Source: Eledone cirrhosa (lineage: Eukaryota). From it: a stretch of 64,000 bases of DNA. Positions 1 to 14,400 of this stretch are shown here, piece by piece; position 1 is the stretch's first letter, and each line of letters starts with the position of its first letter. Where the stretch lies: positions 224,316,001-224,380,000 of the forward strand of contig OZ024742.1 in assembly GCA_964016885.1 (NCBI GenBank), in the 5' to 3' direction. The translations under genes were made by a program, and so were the position numbers. Under the pieces are notes generated by a model, which saw only the letters and a list, made by a program, of their open reading frames with translations, made no database searches and was not told where the DNA came from.

Positions 1-1448
1 ACCACACAGTACTGTGGACCACACAGTACTGTGGACCACACAGTACTGTGTACACCCAGGACTGTGGACCACCCTGGACTGTGGACCACCCAGTACTGTG
101 GACCACACAGTCCTGTGTACACCCAGTACTGTGGACCACCCACTACTGTGGACCTCACTGTACTGTGTACACCCAGGACTGTGGACCACCCAGTACTGTG
201 GACCACACAGTACTGTGTACACCCAGGACTGTGTACACCCAGGACTGTGGACCACCCAGTACTGTGGACCTCACTGTACTGTGTACACCCAGGACTGTGG
301 ACCACCCAGTACTGTGGACCACACAGTACTGTGGACCACACAGTACTGTGTACACCCAGGACTGTGGACCACCCAGGACTGTGGACCACACAGTACTGTG
401 GACCACACAGTACTGTGGACCACACAGTACTGTGTACACCCAGGACTGTGGACCACCCAGGACTGTGGACCACACAGTACTGTGTACACCCAGGACTGTG
501 GACCACCCAGTACTGTGGACCACACAGTCCTGTGTACACACAGTACTGTGGACCACCCAGTACTGTGGACCTCACTGTACTGTGTACACCCAGGACTGTG
601 GACCACCCAGTACTGTGGACCACACAGTACTGTGTACACCCAGGACTGTGTACACCCAGGACTGTGGACCACCCAGTACTGTGGACCTCACTGTACTGTG
701 TACACCCAGGACTGTGGACCACCCAGTACTGTGGACCACACAGTACTGTGGACCACACAGTACTGTGTACACCCAGGACTGTGGACCACCCAGTACTGTG
801 GACCTCACTGTACTGTGTACACCCAGGACTGTGGACCACCCAGTACTGTGGACCACACAGTACTGTGGACCACACAGTACTGTATACACCCAGGACTGTG
901 GACCACCCAGGACTGTGGACCACACAGTACTGTGGACCACACAGTACTGTGGACCACACAGTAGTGTGTACACCCAGGACTGTGGACCACCCAGGACTCT
1001 GGACCACACAGTACTGTGTACACTCAGGACTGTGGACCACCCAGTACTGTGGACCACACAGTATTGTGTACACCCAGTACTGTGGACCACACAGTAGTGT
1101 GTACACCCAGGATTGTGGACCACCCAGTACTGTGGACCACACAGTATTGTGTACACCCAGTACTGTGTATACCCAGTACTGTGGACCACACAGTACTGTG
1201 TACACCCAGGACTGTGGACCACCCAGGACTGTGGACCACACAGTACTGTGTACACCCAGGACTGTGGACCACCCAGTACTGTGGACCACCCAGTACTGTG
1301 GACCACACAGTACTGTGTACACCCAGGACTGTGGACCACCCAGTACTGTGGACCACACAGTACTGTGTACACCCAGGACTGTGGACCACCCAGTACTGTG
1401 GACCACACAGTACTGTGTACACCCAGGACTGTGGACCACCCAGTACTA
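1..1448. repeat. Minisatellite of mixed 17-bp (CAG[T/G]ACTGTGGACCAC[A/C]) and 16-bp (CAGTACTGTGTACACC) near-palindromic units; runs off the window start
   Basis: Units read directly. Rare variants recur 417 bp apart (tcc at 111/528; caggactgtgtacac at 224/641). Confidence 0.95.
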
Positions 1449-1836
1449 TATACTCCCAGTACTGCTTCCCTCCCCCCTTTCCCTGCCAGTACTGCCTACG
1501 TAGACCCGAAGGGGTTTCCAGATCCCAGGTTAGGAACCCTTGACCTAAACCCATCTGATCAACAAGTTTTTCCTCTTCTCTCCACGTCATACATTTTAGG
1601 ACTTGTTCTGCACTAAATAAACACTTCTTCCTCCAGCCTTTCCTCTCCTCAACTCTTCCCCCTCCTCTGAAAATCTCCCCGCCATGTTTTTCCTATTTTC
1701 CTACACACATTCCCCTACAGATGTTCAAATTAGACGCCAACCTCATCAATCCATTATAAACTGGAATACATTTTGATAATTGATTTTTAATATATTCTTC
1801 CAATATTGTTTTTTATTGATTTATTAATATTTTGTC

Positions 1837-1857
1837 ATGCGTATGTGTGTATGTGTA

Positions 1858-1927
<70 letters not shown>

Positions 1928-2082
1928 GGTGTGTGTGTGTGAGTGTGTATGTGCATGTTTGTGTGCGTGAGTGTGGGGGTGTTTATTTGTGTGTGTGTAT
2001 GTGCATGTATGTGTGTGTGTATGTGTATGTGTGTGTGTGTTTGTGTGTGTATGCGTGTATGTGTGTATGTGTGTATGTGTGT

Positions 2083-2141
<59 letters not shown>

Positions 2142-2935
2142 GGCTGGGGGTTTCTGATGTACAGATAAAGGTTCTTGAAAGTTGAGAGAGCAGCGAGGCC
2201 GGTGGGAGGTGAAGGTGGAGGAAAGAGAAAGAGATGTAGAGCGGAAGAGACGATAGTTGAGAGGGATGGATGAGTGGAGGAGAGGGTAGGAGGTGGTAGA
2301 TGAGAGAGAGGGAGGTGAGGGGAAGGTAACAAAAATTATATTTTAAGAGATATTAAATGTGAAATATTGAAATGCACGCTCACACACAAACACACACATA
2401 CATACATGCACACACACAAACACACACGTAGTACACATGTATACATGCACACACACAATCACACACATACGCATGCATACATGCACACATGCACACACAC
2501 AAGCACACACATACATGTGCATACATGCACACATACACAAACACACACATACATATGCACACAAGCACACACACACACACACATACATATGCATATATGC
2601 ACACACATAAACACACACATCCATATGCATACCTGCACACACACAAACACACAAAGAAACATAAAAACACAAGCACATGCAAAAAGCCACGTACATACAC
2701 ACACAAGTACGCAATCTCACACATACACATATATACACATAAATATACAAGCATACAACCACACACACAAGCATACACACAAACACATTAGTGCCCACAC
2801 ACATAGAAACACATACAAACTCACTCATACATACAAGCATCCACACACATAAAACTCTCACAGACATACATGCATCCACACACATGCAAACACTAACATA
2901 CACACACTAAAAAAACACACAAAGATGCACATACA
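1837..2935. repeat. (TG)n, purine-rich and (CA)n microsatellite/low-complexity block
   Basis: Direct reading. Confidence 0.9.
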
Positions 2936-3190
2936 TACATCAACACAAAAACATCACAAAATGCAGAGTAAAAGCAAAAAACCAACATTAGCAGTTGTTG
3001 ATAATGTCGGTTAATATAGTTAAGGGGCTCCTCCGTCGGTTTCGACGATGAGCACATAATGGCTCGATCAATTCGTGAATTAAAATGTGATTGAGTACTC
3101 TACACTCATATGTATCCTTACGTAAATCTCATGCAGTATCAGCATGATACAGTCTGTGCCAAGGCTGATCCTTTGAAGTATAGAAACAGT

Positions 3191-3310
3191 CCACTGAGTT
3201 CAAATCCCGACGAGGTCAACTTTGCCTTTCATCCATACGGTGTCGATAAAATAAAGTACCAGTAATGTACTGGGTAATTGCTGGCCTTGTGCCAAAAGTA
3301 GAAACAATTA
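3191..3310 (+). mobile_element. SINE family 1, 5'-truncated copy
   Basis: B-box-like GAGTTCAAATCCC, then the shared body TTTGCCTTTCATCC...GATAAAATAAAGTACCAG...GCTGGCCTTGTGCC...GTAGAAACAATTAT, which recurs many times in the window. Confidence 0.85.
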
Positions 3311-3496
3311 TAGTATAAGTGGCTGAGTATTCCAAAGATACGTGTATCCTTGATTTAACCCTTTAGCATTTACATTACTCTATATTTACTATTGTATTTT
3401 CATGGTAAAAGCTTTACCTTGCATAATTATTGGATCAATCCACAGTCGTGATAAAGACACTTGCCAAATATAGCATGCAGTGGGATCGAGCCTGGG

Positions 3497-3680
3497 AGGA
3501 TTGGCAGTATCGGTAGAGGGTCGGACGCCATGCTTTCCAGCATAGTTACGTCCCCTTACGATCTGAGTTCAAATCCCGCCGAGGTTGACTTTGCCTTTCA
3601 TCCTTACGGGGTCGATAAAATAAAGTACCAGTAATGCACTGGGTAATTGCTGGCCTTGTGCCTAAAGTAGAAACAATTAT
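3497..3680 (+). mobile_element. SINE family 1, near full-length tRNA-derived copy
   Basis: A-box-like TGGCAGTATCGG and B-box GAGTTCAAATCCC; closely matches the reverse copy at 28847-29033. Confidence 0.85.
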
Positions 3681-3729
3681 TGCAAAGCAAACTTCTTAAG
3701 CTCTAAGTCATGCCTGTGTTGGTAAAAAG

Positions 3730-3877
3730 CAGTGGTTCCCAACCATTTCCCTAACAAGGGCACCCCTTATTTAAATACATTTTTATTTGTTAGAACCCAT
3801 CCTTTAGATAAACAAAAAAACTCTCACGACTCCTCCACCCGGTACTGTCTTTACGGACAGCAGGCTGGGAATCGTTG
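3730..3877. mobile_element. hAT-like MITE (degenerate)
   Basis: Ends CAGTGGTTCCCAACC / GGCTGGGAATCGTTG; imperfect 8-bp flanks GTAAAAAG / GTATATAG. Confidence 0.55.
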
Positions 3878-3910
3878 GTATATAGAAACGTGTATAATAT
3901 TACTAATCTA

Positions 3911-3997
<87 letters not shown>

Positions 3998-4167
3998 TGT
4001 CAGTCTGTCTGTTGGATCTCCGTCGGCTAAGGCGATAAGTGTTCCCAGTTTGCTCAACGGAACAGCTTATTCGTGAAATTAAAGTTTAAGTAGTTGTGAG
4101 ATTTACTAGGATTACTAATTATTTCATTATTAAGACAGTAACTTAAGTTATGGTTCTTATATAAAAA

Positions 4168-4877
4168 TAGCTCGTTACCAGTCGTTACGTTGCCGGTCAA
4201 ATATTTGTTAATCGTGTACGTATCTTTATAAATTGTTAAAGAGTGTTTAGATTGAATTTCTAGGTGGAGATTAATAACAGTTTGAATACTGTTGATTAAT
4301 AACATTAATTTAAAATACTTTGTTTTATAAGTATATTCGGTGTTTCTCCCTCTCCTTGTCCGTCACACATAGATGTAGACGGAGGGAAAAACAGGAGTGA
4401 TAAGTTGTTGTTTTTGAGAGAGAAATGGAGTGAGAGAGAGAGTGAGAGAGAGAGAGAGAGTGTGTGTGTGTGTGCGTCAAAGATAGATAGAGAGGTAGAG
4501 TGTTGTCATCATAGAAACTAACGTGTTGACAGATTGCACCTAAAACTCCCGCGTTTTTAATCCAAACTCGTTAGTTACTATGGTGACAACACTATCTATC
4601 TACGGTATCTCTCTACGGTATCTATCTACGGTATCTATCTATCTTTCATACATACAGACACCCCCACACTCTCTCTCTCACTGTATTTCTTCCTCAAGAG
4701 CAACAACCTGTTATTAGCGAAGTCTTTTTTTAAAGTCTGTCGTCACCACTTTCATTCTTACGTCATAAACCATCCATCTCTCTTTCACAAACTCACTCTC
4801 TCTCAATGTATTTCTCTCTCAATAACAACAGACAGAGAGAGAGAGGGAGAGAAACGGCTTCTGTTTTATAATATAGA
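4168..4877 (-). mobile_element. Helitron-like non-autonomous element (decayed) with an internal inverted repeat
   Basis: Minus strand starts A|TCTATATTATAAAACAGAAG, resembling the element at 47741. The 3' end is a degenerate CCGGCAACG...GCTA. Internal IR at 4500-4523/4569-4592. Confidence 0.45.
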
Positions 4878-4974
4878 TTGTTGGAAAATTCTAAATTAAA
4901 TAAGTATTCTTTAAAATGAGTGGTTTTGTTTCATAGAACCATGGCTGATTTTGGCCGTGTTGGGTTAAAATAGT

Positions 4975-5163
4975 TCTCAGGCAGATTCAGCGTGGAACAG
5001 TGTGACGAGGCTGACATTTAGAATTACAGATACAAATCATTTTTGATACCTAAATGAATTGGAACAGCTTGAAATAAAGTATCTTGCTTAATGAGAAAAC
5101 GCGCCGCAGGGAATCGAAATTACGACCCTACTTTCGTAAGGAGAACACCCTAACCATTAAGCC
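4975..5163 (-). mobile_element. tRNA-derived SINE (family 3, CORE-like body)
   Basis: Minus strand reads GGCTTAATGGTTAGGGTG...TTCGATTCCC, then GCAAGATACTTTATTTCA. Related copies at ~29605-29900 (+) and ~30215-30435 (-). Confidence 0.65.
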
Positions 5164-5425
5164 ATTTCACTACTGATTTATTATATAGGTAGACATATGT
5201 AACCCCACTCTCTTGGTATTGGGCAGGGGACGACAATAGGAGGGTTGTCAACCCACCGAGGGTCTCTTTGTGGCCACTAGGGTGCTCTTTGTGGGTCTTC
5301 GAGAGATTTAAAGTTTTACGTGTTAGTTATGATATAATATACATGGAGACCATTCAGGTGTTCTCTGTGGGTTCAATGTGGTACAGTGCTAGATCGTTGT
5401 TCAGGCTCTCTTACACGAGTTCAAA

Positions 5426-8400
5426 TGGTGGTGTTGGTGTCAGTGGTGTTATTGTTGTTGTAATGATGGTGGTGTTGGTGTCAGTGGCGTAATTGTTGTT
5501 GTAATGATGGTGGTGTTGGTGTCAGTGGGGTTATTGGTGTTGTAACGATGGTGGTGTTGGTGTCAGTGGTGTTATTGGTGTTGTAATGATGGTGGTGTTG
5601 GTGTCAGTGGTGTTATTGGTGTTGTAATGAAGGTGGTGTTGGTGTCAGTGGTGTTATTGGTGTTGTAATGATGGTGGTGTTGGTGTCAGTGGTGTTATTG
5701 TTGTTGTAATGATGGTGGTGTTGGTGTCAGTGGTGTTATTGTTGTTGTAATGATGGTGGTGTTGGTGTCAGTGGGGTTATTGGTGCTGTAATGATGGTGG
5801 TGTTGGTGTCAGTGGTGTTATTGGTGTTGTAACGATGGTGGTGTTGGTGTCAGTAGTGTTATTGGTGTTGTAATGATGGTGGTGTTGGTGTCAGTGGGGT
5901 TATTGTTGTTGTAATGATGGTGGTGTTGGTGTCAGTGGTGTTATTGGTGTTGTAATGATGGTGGTGTTGGTGTCAGTGGTGTTATTGGTGTTGTAATGAT
6001 GGTGGTGTTGGTGTCAGTAGTGTTATTGGTGTTGTAATGATGGTGGTGTTGGTGTCAGTGGTGTTATTGGTGTTGTAACGATGGTGGTGTTGGTGTCAGT
6101 GGTGTTATTGGTGTTGTAATGATGGTGGTGTTGGTGTCAGTGGTGTTATTGGTGTTGTAATGATGGTAGTGTTGGTGTCAGTAGTGTTATTGGTGTTGTA
6201 ATGATGGTGGTGTTGGTGTCAGTGGTGTTATTGGTGTTGTAATGATGATGGTGTTGGTGTCAGTGGTGTTATTGGTGTTGTAACGATGGTGGTGTTGGTG
6301 TCAGTGGTGTTATTGGTGTTGTAACGATGGTGGTGTTGGTGTCAGTGGTGATATTGGTGTTGTAATGATGGTGGTGTTGGTGTCAGTGGGGTTATTGTTG
6401 TTGTAATGATGGTGGTGTTGGTGTCAGTGGTGTTATTGGTGTTGTAATGATGGTGGTATTGGTGTCGGTGGTGTTATTGGTGTTGTAATGATGGTGGTGT
6501 TGGTGTCAGAGGTGTTATTGGTGTTGTAACGATGGTGGTGTTAGTGTCAGTGGTGTTATTGGTGTTGTAATGATGGTGGTGTTGGTGTCGGTGGTGTTAT
6601 TGGTGTTGTAATGATGGTGGTGTTGGTGTCAGAGGTGTTATTGGTGTTGTAATGATGGTGGTGTTGGTGTCAGTGGTGTTATTGGTGTTGTAACGATGGT
6701 GGTGTTGGTGTCAGTGGTGTTATTGGCGTTGTAATGATGGTGGTGTTGGTGTCGGTGGTGTTATTGGTGTTGTAACGATGGTGGTGTTGGTGTCAGTGAT
6801 GATATTGGTGTTGTAATGATGGTGGTGTTGGTGTCAGTGGGGTTATTGTTGTTGTAATGATGGTGGTGTTGGTGTCAGTGGTGTTATTGGTGTTGTAATG
6901 ATGGTGGTGTTGGTGTCAGTGGTGTTATTGGTCTTGTAACGATGGTGGTGTTGGTATCAGTGGTGTTATTGGTGTTGTAACGATGGTGGTGTTGGTGTCA
7001 GTGGTGTTATTGGTCTTGTAACGATGGTGGTGTTGGTGTCAGTGGTGTTATTGGTGTTGTAACGATGGTGGTGTTGGTGTCAGTGGTGTTATTGGTGTTG
7101 TAATGATGGTGGTGTTGGTGTCAGTGGTGTTATTGGTGTTGTAATGATGGTGGTGTTGGTGTCAGTGGTGTTATTGGTGTTGTAATGATGATGGTGTTGG
7201 TGTCAGTGGTGTTATTGGTGTTGTAATGATGATGGTGTTGGTGTCAGTGGTGTTATTGGTGTTGTAATGATGGTGGTGTTGGTGTCAGTGGTGTTATTGG
7301 TGTTGTAATGATGGTGGTGTTGGTGTCGGTGGTGTTATTGGTGTCGTAATGATGGTGGTGTTGGTGTCAGTGGTGTTATTGGTGTCGTAATGATGGTGGT
7401 GTTGGTGTCAGTGGTGTTATTGGTGTCGTAATGATGGTGGTGTTGGTGTCAGTTGTGTTATTGGTGTTGTAATGATGATGGTGTTGGTGTCAGTGGTGTT
7501 ATTGGTGTTGTAATGATGGTGGTGTTGGTGTCAGTGGTGTTATTGGTGTCGTAATGATGGTGGTGTTGGTGTCAGTGGTGTTATTGGTGTTGTAATGATG
7601 GTGGTGTTGGTGTCAGTGGTGTTATTGGTGTTGTAATGATGGTGGTGTTGGTGTCAGTGGTGTTATTGGTGTCGTAATGATGGTGGTGTTGGTGTCAGTG
7701 GTGTTATTGGTGTTGTAATGATGGTGGTGTTGGTGTCAGTGGTGTTATTGGTGTTGTAATGATGGTGGTGTTGGTGTCAGTGGTGTTATTGGTGTTGTAA
7801 TGATGGTGGTGTTGGTGTCAGCTGTGTTATTGGTGTTGTAATGATGATGGTGTTGGTGTCAGTGGTGTTATTGGTGTTGTAATGATGGTGGTGTTGGTGT
7901 CAGTGGTGTTATTGGTGTTGTAATGATGGTGGTGTTGGTGTTAGTGGTGTTATTGGTGTCGTAATGATGGTGGTGTTGGTGTCAGTGGTGTTATTGGTGT
8001 TGTAATGATGGTGGTGTTGGTGTCAGTGGTGTTATTGGTGTCGTAATGATGGTGGTGTTGGTGTCAGTGGTGTTATTGGTGTTGTAATGATGGTGGTGTT
8101 GGTGTCAGTGGTGTTATTGGTGTTGTAATTATGGTGGTGTTGGTGTCAGTGGTGTTATTGGTGTTGTAATGATGGTGGTGTTGGTGTCAGTGGTGTTATT
8201 GGTGTTGTAATGATGGTGGTGTTGGTGTCAGTTGTGTTATTGGTGTTGTAATGATGGTGGTGTTGGTGTCAGTGGTGTTATTGGTGTCGTAATGATGGTG
8301 GTGTTGGTGTCAGTGGTGTTATTGGTGTCCTAATGATGGTGGTGTTGGTGTCAGTTGTGTTATTGGTGTTGTAATGATGGTAGTGTTGGTGTCAGTGGTG

Positions 8401-11400
8401 TTATTGGTGTTGTAATGATGGTGGTGTTGGTGTCGGTGGTGTTATTGGTGTTGTAATGATGGTGGTGTTGGTGTTAGTGGTGTTATTGGTGTTGTAATGA
8501 TGGTGGTGTTGGTGTCAGTGGTGTTATTGGTATCGTAATGATGGTGGTGTTGGTGTCAGTTGTGTTATTGGTGTTGTAATGATGGTGGTGTTGGTGTCAG
8601 TGGTGTTATTGGTGTTGTAATGATGGTGGTGTTGGTGTCAGTTGTGTTATTGGTGTTGTAATGATGGTGGTGTTGGTGTCAGTTGTGTTATTGGTGTTGT
8701 AACGATGGTGGTGTTGGGGTCAGTGGTGTTATTGGTGTTGTAATGATGGTGGTGTTGGTGTCAGTGGTGTTATTGGTGTTGTAATGATGGTGGTGTTGGT
8801 GTCAGTGGTGTTATTGGTGTTGTAATGATGGTGGTGTTGGTGTTAGTGGTGTTATTGGTGTTGTAATGATGGTGGTGTTGGTGTCAGTGGTGTTATTGGT
8901 ATCGTAATGATGGTGGTGTTGGTGTCAGTTGTGTTATTGGTGTTGTAATGATGGTGGTGTTGGTGTCAGTGGTGTTATTGGTGTTGTAATGATGGTGGTG
9001 TTGGTGTCAGTGGTGTTATTGGTATCGTAATGATGGTGGTGTTGGTGTCAGTTGTGTTATTGGTGTTGTAATGATGGTGTTGTTGGTGTCAGTGGTGTTA
9101 TTGGTGTTGTAATGATGGTGGTGTTGGTGTCAGAGGTGTTATTGGTGTTGTAATGATGGTGGTGTTGGTGTCAGTGGTGTTATTGGTGTTGTAATGATGG
9201 TGGTGTTGGGGTCAGTGGTGTTATTGGTGTTGTAATGATGGTGGTGTTGGTGTCAGTGGTGTTATTGGTGTTGTAATGATGGCGGTGTTGGTGTCAGTGG
9301 TGTTATTGGTGTTGTAATGATGGTGGTGTTGGTGTTAGTGGTGTTATTGGTGTTGTAATGATGGTGGTGTTGGTGTCAGTGGTGTTATTGGTGTTGTAAT
9401 GATGGTGGTGTTGGTGTCAGTGGTGTTATTGTTGTTGTAATGATGGTGGTGTTGGTGTCAGTGGTGTTATTGGTGTTGTAATGATGGCGGTGTTGGTGTC
9501 AGTGGTGTTATTGGTGTTGTAATGATGGTGGTGTTGGTGTTAGTGGTGTTATTGGTGTTGTAATGATGGTGGTGTTGGTGTCAGTGGTGTTATTGGTGTT
9601 GTAATGATGGTGGTGTTGGTGTCAGTGGTGTTATTGGTGTTGTAATGATGGTGGTGTTGGTGTCAGTGGTGTTATTGGTGTTGTAATGATGGTGGTGTTG
9701 GTGTCAGTGGTGTTATTTCTGTTGTAATGATGGCGGTGTTGGTGTCAGTGGTGTTATTGTTGTTGTAATGATGGCGGTGTTGGTGTCAGTGGTGTTATTT
9801 CTGTTGTAATGATGGTGGTGTTGGTGTCAGTGGTGTTATTGGTGTTGTTATGATGGTGGTGTTGGTGTCAGTGGTGTTATTGGTGTTGTAATGATGGTGG
9901 TGTTGGTGTCAGTGGTGTTATTGGTGTTGTAATGATGGTGGTGTTGGTGTCAGTGGTGTTATTGGTGTTGTAATGATGGTGGTGTTGGTGTCAGGGGTGT
10001 TATTGGTGTTGTAATGATGATGGTGTTGGTGTCAGTGGTGTTATTGGTGTTGTTATGATGGTGGTGTTGGTGTCAGTGGTGTTATTGGTGTTGTTATGAT
10101 GGTGGTGTTGGTGTCAGTGGTGTTATTTCTGTTGTAATGATGGTGCTGTTGGTGTCAGTGGTGTTATTGGTGTTGTTATGATGGTGGTGTTGGTGTCAGT
10201 GGTGTTATTGGTGTTGTTATGATGGTGGTGTTGGTGTCAGTGGTGTTATTGGTGTTGTAATGATGGTGGTGTTGGTGTCAGTGGTGTTATTGGTGTTGTA
10301 ATGATGGTGGTGTTGGTGTCAGTGGTGTTATTGGTGTTGTAATGATGGTGGTGTTGGTGTCAGTGGTGTTATTGGTGTTGTAATGATGGTGGTGTTGGTG
10401 TCAGTGGTGTTATTGTTGTTGTAATGATGGTGGTGTTGGTGTCAGTGGTGTTATTGGTGTTATAATGATGGTGGTGCTGGTGTCAGTGGTGTTATTGGTG
10501 TTGTAATGATGGTGGTGTTGGTGTCAGTGGTGTCATTGGTGTTGTAACGATGGTGGTGTTGGTGTCAGTGGTGTTATTGGTGTTGTAATGATGGCGGTGT
10601 TGGTGTCAGTGGTGTTATTTCTGTTGTAATGATGGTGGTGTTGGTGTCAGTGGTGTTATTGGTGTTGTAATGATGGTGGTGTTGGTGTCAGTGGTGTTAT
10701 TGGTGTTGTAATGATGGTGGTGTTGGTGTCAGTGGTGTTATTGGTGTTGTAATGATGGTGGTGCTGGTGTCAGTGGTGTTATTGGTGTTGTAATGATGGT
10801 GGTGTTGGTGTCAGTGGTGTTATTGGTGTTGTAATGATGGTGGTGTTGGTGTCAGTGGTGTTATTGGTGTTGTAATGATGGTGGTGTTATTGGTGTTGTA
10901 ATGATGGTGGTGTTGGTGTCAGTGGTGTTATTGGTGTTGTAATGATGGTGGTGTTGGTGTCAGTGGTGTTATTTCTGTTGTAATGATGGTGATGTTGGTG
11001 TCAGTGGTGTTATTGGTGTTGTAACGATGGTGGTGTTGGTGTCAGTGGTGTTATTGGTGTTGTAATGATGGTGGTGTTGGTGTCAGGGGTGTTATTGGTG
11101 TTGTAATGATGGTGGTGTTGGTGTCAGTGGTGTTATTGGTGTTGTAATGATGGTGGTGTTGGTGTCAGTGGTGTTATTGGTGTTGTAATGATGGTGGTGT
11201 TGGTGTCAGTATTGTTATTGGTGTTGTAATGATGGTGGTGTTGGTGTCAGTGGTGTTATTGGTGTTGTAATGATGGTGGTGTTGGTGTCAGTGGTGTTAT
11301 TGGTGTTGTAACGATGGTGTTGTTGGTGTCAGTGGTGTTATTGGTGTTGTAATGATGGTGGTGTTGGTGTCAGTGGTGTTATTGGTGTTGTAATGATGGT

Positions 11401-14400
11401 GGTGTTGGTGTCAGTGGTGTTATTGGTGTTGTAACGATGGTGTTGTTGGTGTCAGTGGTGTTATTGGTGTTGTAATGATGGTGGTGTTGGTGTCAGGGGT
11501 GTTATTGGTGTTGTAATGATGGTGGTGTTGGTGTCAGTGGTGTTATTGGTGTTGTAATGATGGTGGTGTTGGTGTCAGTGGTGTTATTGGTGTTGTAATG
11601 ATGGTGGTGTTGGTGTCAGTATTGTTATTGGTGTTGTAATGATGGTGGTGTTGGTGTCAGTGGTGTTATTGGTGTTGTAATGATGGTGGTGTTGGTGTCA
11701 GTGGTGTTATTGGTGTTGTAATGATGGTGGTGTTATTGGTGTTGTAATGATGGTGGTGTTGGTGTCAGTGGTGTTATTGGTGTTGTAATGATGGTGGTGT
11801 TGGTGTCAGTGGTGTTATTGGTGTTGTAATGATGGTGGTGTTGGTGTCAGTGGTGTTATTGGTGTTGTAATGATGGTGGTGTTGGTGTCAGTGGTGTTAT
11901 TGGTGTTGTAACGATGGTAGTGTTGGTGTCAGTGGTGTTATTGGTGTTGTAACGATGGTAGTGTTGGTGTCAGTGGTGTTATTGGTGTTGTAACGATGGT
12001 AGTGTTGGTGTCAGTGGTGTTATTGGTGTTGTAATGATGGTGGTGTTGGTGTCAGTGGTGTTATTGGTGTTGTAATGATGGTGGTGTTGGTGTCAGTGGT
12101 GTTATTGGTCTTGTAATGATGGTGGTGTTGGTGTCAGTGGTGTTATTGGTGTTGTAATGATGGTAGTGTTGGTGTCAGTTGTGTTATTGGTGTTGTAACG
12201 ATGGTGGTGTTGGTGTCAGTGGTGTTATTGGTGTCGTAATGATGGTGGTGTTGGTGTCAATGATGTTATTGGTGTTGTAATGATGGCGGTCTTGGTGTCA
12301 GTGATGTTATTGGTGTTGTAATGATGGTGGTGTTGGTGTCAGTGGTGTTATTGGTGTTGTAACGATGGTAGTGTTGGTGTCAGTGGTGTTATTGGTGTTG
12401 TAACGATGGTAGTGTTGGTATCAGTGGTGTTATTGGTGTTGTAATGATGGTGGTGTTGGTGTCAGTGGTGTTATTGGTCTTGTAATGATGGTGGTGTTGG
12501 TGTCAGTGGTGTTATTGGTCTTGTAATGATGGTGGTGTTGGTGTCAGTGGTGTTATTGGTGTTGTAATGATGGTAGTGTTGGTGTCAGTTGTGTTATTGG
12601 TGTTGTAACGATGGTGGTGTTGGTGTCAGTGGTGTTATTGGTGTCGTAATGATGGTGGTGTTGGTGTCAATGATGTTATTGGTGTTGTAATGATGGCGGT
12701 CTTGGTGTCAGTGATGTTATTGGTGTTGTAATGATGGTGGTGTTGGTGTCAGTGGTGTTATTGGTGTTGTAATGATGGTGGTGTTGCTGTCAGTGGTGTT
12801 ATTGGTGTTGTAATGATGGTGGTGTTGGTATCAGTGGTGTTATTGGTGTTGTAATGATGGTGGTGTTGGTGTCAGTGGTGTTATTGGTGTTGTAACGATG
12901 GTGGTGTTGGTGTCAGTGGTGTTATTGGTGTCGTAATGATGGTGGTGTTGGTTTCAATGATGTTACTGGTGTTGTAATGATGGTGGTCTTGGTGTCAGTG
13001 GTGTTATTGGTGTTGTAATGATGGTGGTGTTGGTGTCAGTGGTGTTATTGGTGTTGTAATGATGGTGGTGTTGGTGTCAGTGATGTTATTGGTGTTGTAA
13101 CGATGGTGGTGTTGGTGTCAGTGGTGTTATTGGTGTTGTAATGATGGTGGTGTTGGTGTGAGTGATGTTATTGGTGTTGTAATGATGGTGGTGTTGGTGT
13201 CAGTGATGTTATTGGTGTTGTAACGATGGTGGTGTTGGTGTCAGTGGTGTTATTGGTGTTGTAATGATGGTGGTGTTGGTGTCAGTGATGTTATTGGTGT
13301 TGTAATGATGGTGGTGTTGGTGTCAGTGATGTTATTGGTGTTGTAACGATGGTGGTGTTGGTGTCAGTGGTGTTATTGGTGTTGTAATGATGGTGGTGTT
13401 GGTGTCAGTGGTGTTATTGGTGTTGTAATGATTGTGGTGTTGGTGTCAGTGGTGTTATTGTTGTTGTAATGATGGTGGTGTTGGTGTCAGTGGTGTTATT
13501 GTTGTTGTAATGATGGTAGTGTTGATGTCAGAGGTGTTATTGTTGTTGTAATGATGGTGGTGTTGGTGTCAGTCGTGTTATTGTTGTTGTAATGATGGTG
13601 GTGTTGGTGTCAGTGGTGTTATTGGTGTTGTTATGATGGTGGTGTTGGTGTCAGTGGTGTTATTGGTGTTGTAATGATGGTGGTGTTGGTGTCAGTGGTG
13701 TTATTGTTGTTGTAATGATGGTGGTGTTGGTGTCAGTGGTGTTATTGGTGTTGTAATGATGGTGGTGTTGGTGTCAGTGGTGTTATTGGTGTTGTAATGA
13801 TGGTGGTGTTGGTGTCAGTGGTGTTATTGGTGTTGTAATGATGGTGGTGTTGGTGTCAGTGGTGTTATTGTTGTTGTAATGATGGTGGTGTTGGTGTCAG
13901 TGGGGTTATTGTTGTTGTAATGATGGTGGTGTTGGTGTCAGTGGGGTTATTGGTGTTGTAATGATGGTGGTGTTGGTGTCAGTGGTGTTATTGGTGTTGT
14001 AATGATGGTGGTGTTGGTGTCAGTGGTGTTATTGGTGTTGTAATGATGGTGGTGCTGGTGTCAGTGGTGTTATTGGTGTTGTAATGATGGTGGTGTTGGT
14101 GTCAGTGGTGTCATTGGTGTTGTAACGATGGTGGTGTTGGTATCAGTGGTGTTATTGGTGTTGTAATGATGGTGGTGTTGGTGTCAGTGGTGTTATTGGT
14201 GTTGTAATGATGGTGGTGTTGGTGTCAGTTGTGTTGTTTCTGTTGTAATGATGGTGGTGTTGGTGTCAGTGGTGTTATTGGTGTTGTTATGATGGTGGTG
14301 TTGGTGTCAGTGGTGTTATTGGTGTTGTAATGATGGTGGTGTTGGTGTCAGTGGTGTTATTGTTGTTGTAATGATGGTGGTGTTGGTGTCAGTGGTGTTA

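Noticed and set aside
14-1616. Long Cys/Thr/His-rich ORFs (up to 490 aa)
   Set aside because: Open on both strands only because the 16/17-bp satellite lacks stop codons; the unit lengths shift frame constantly.
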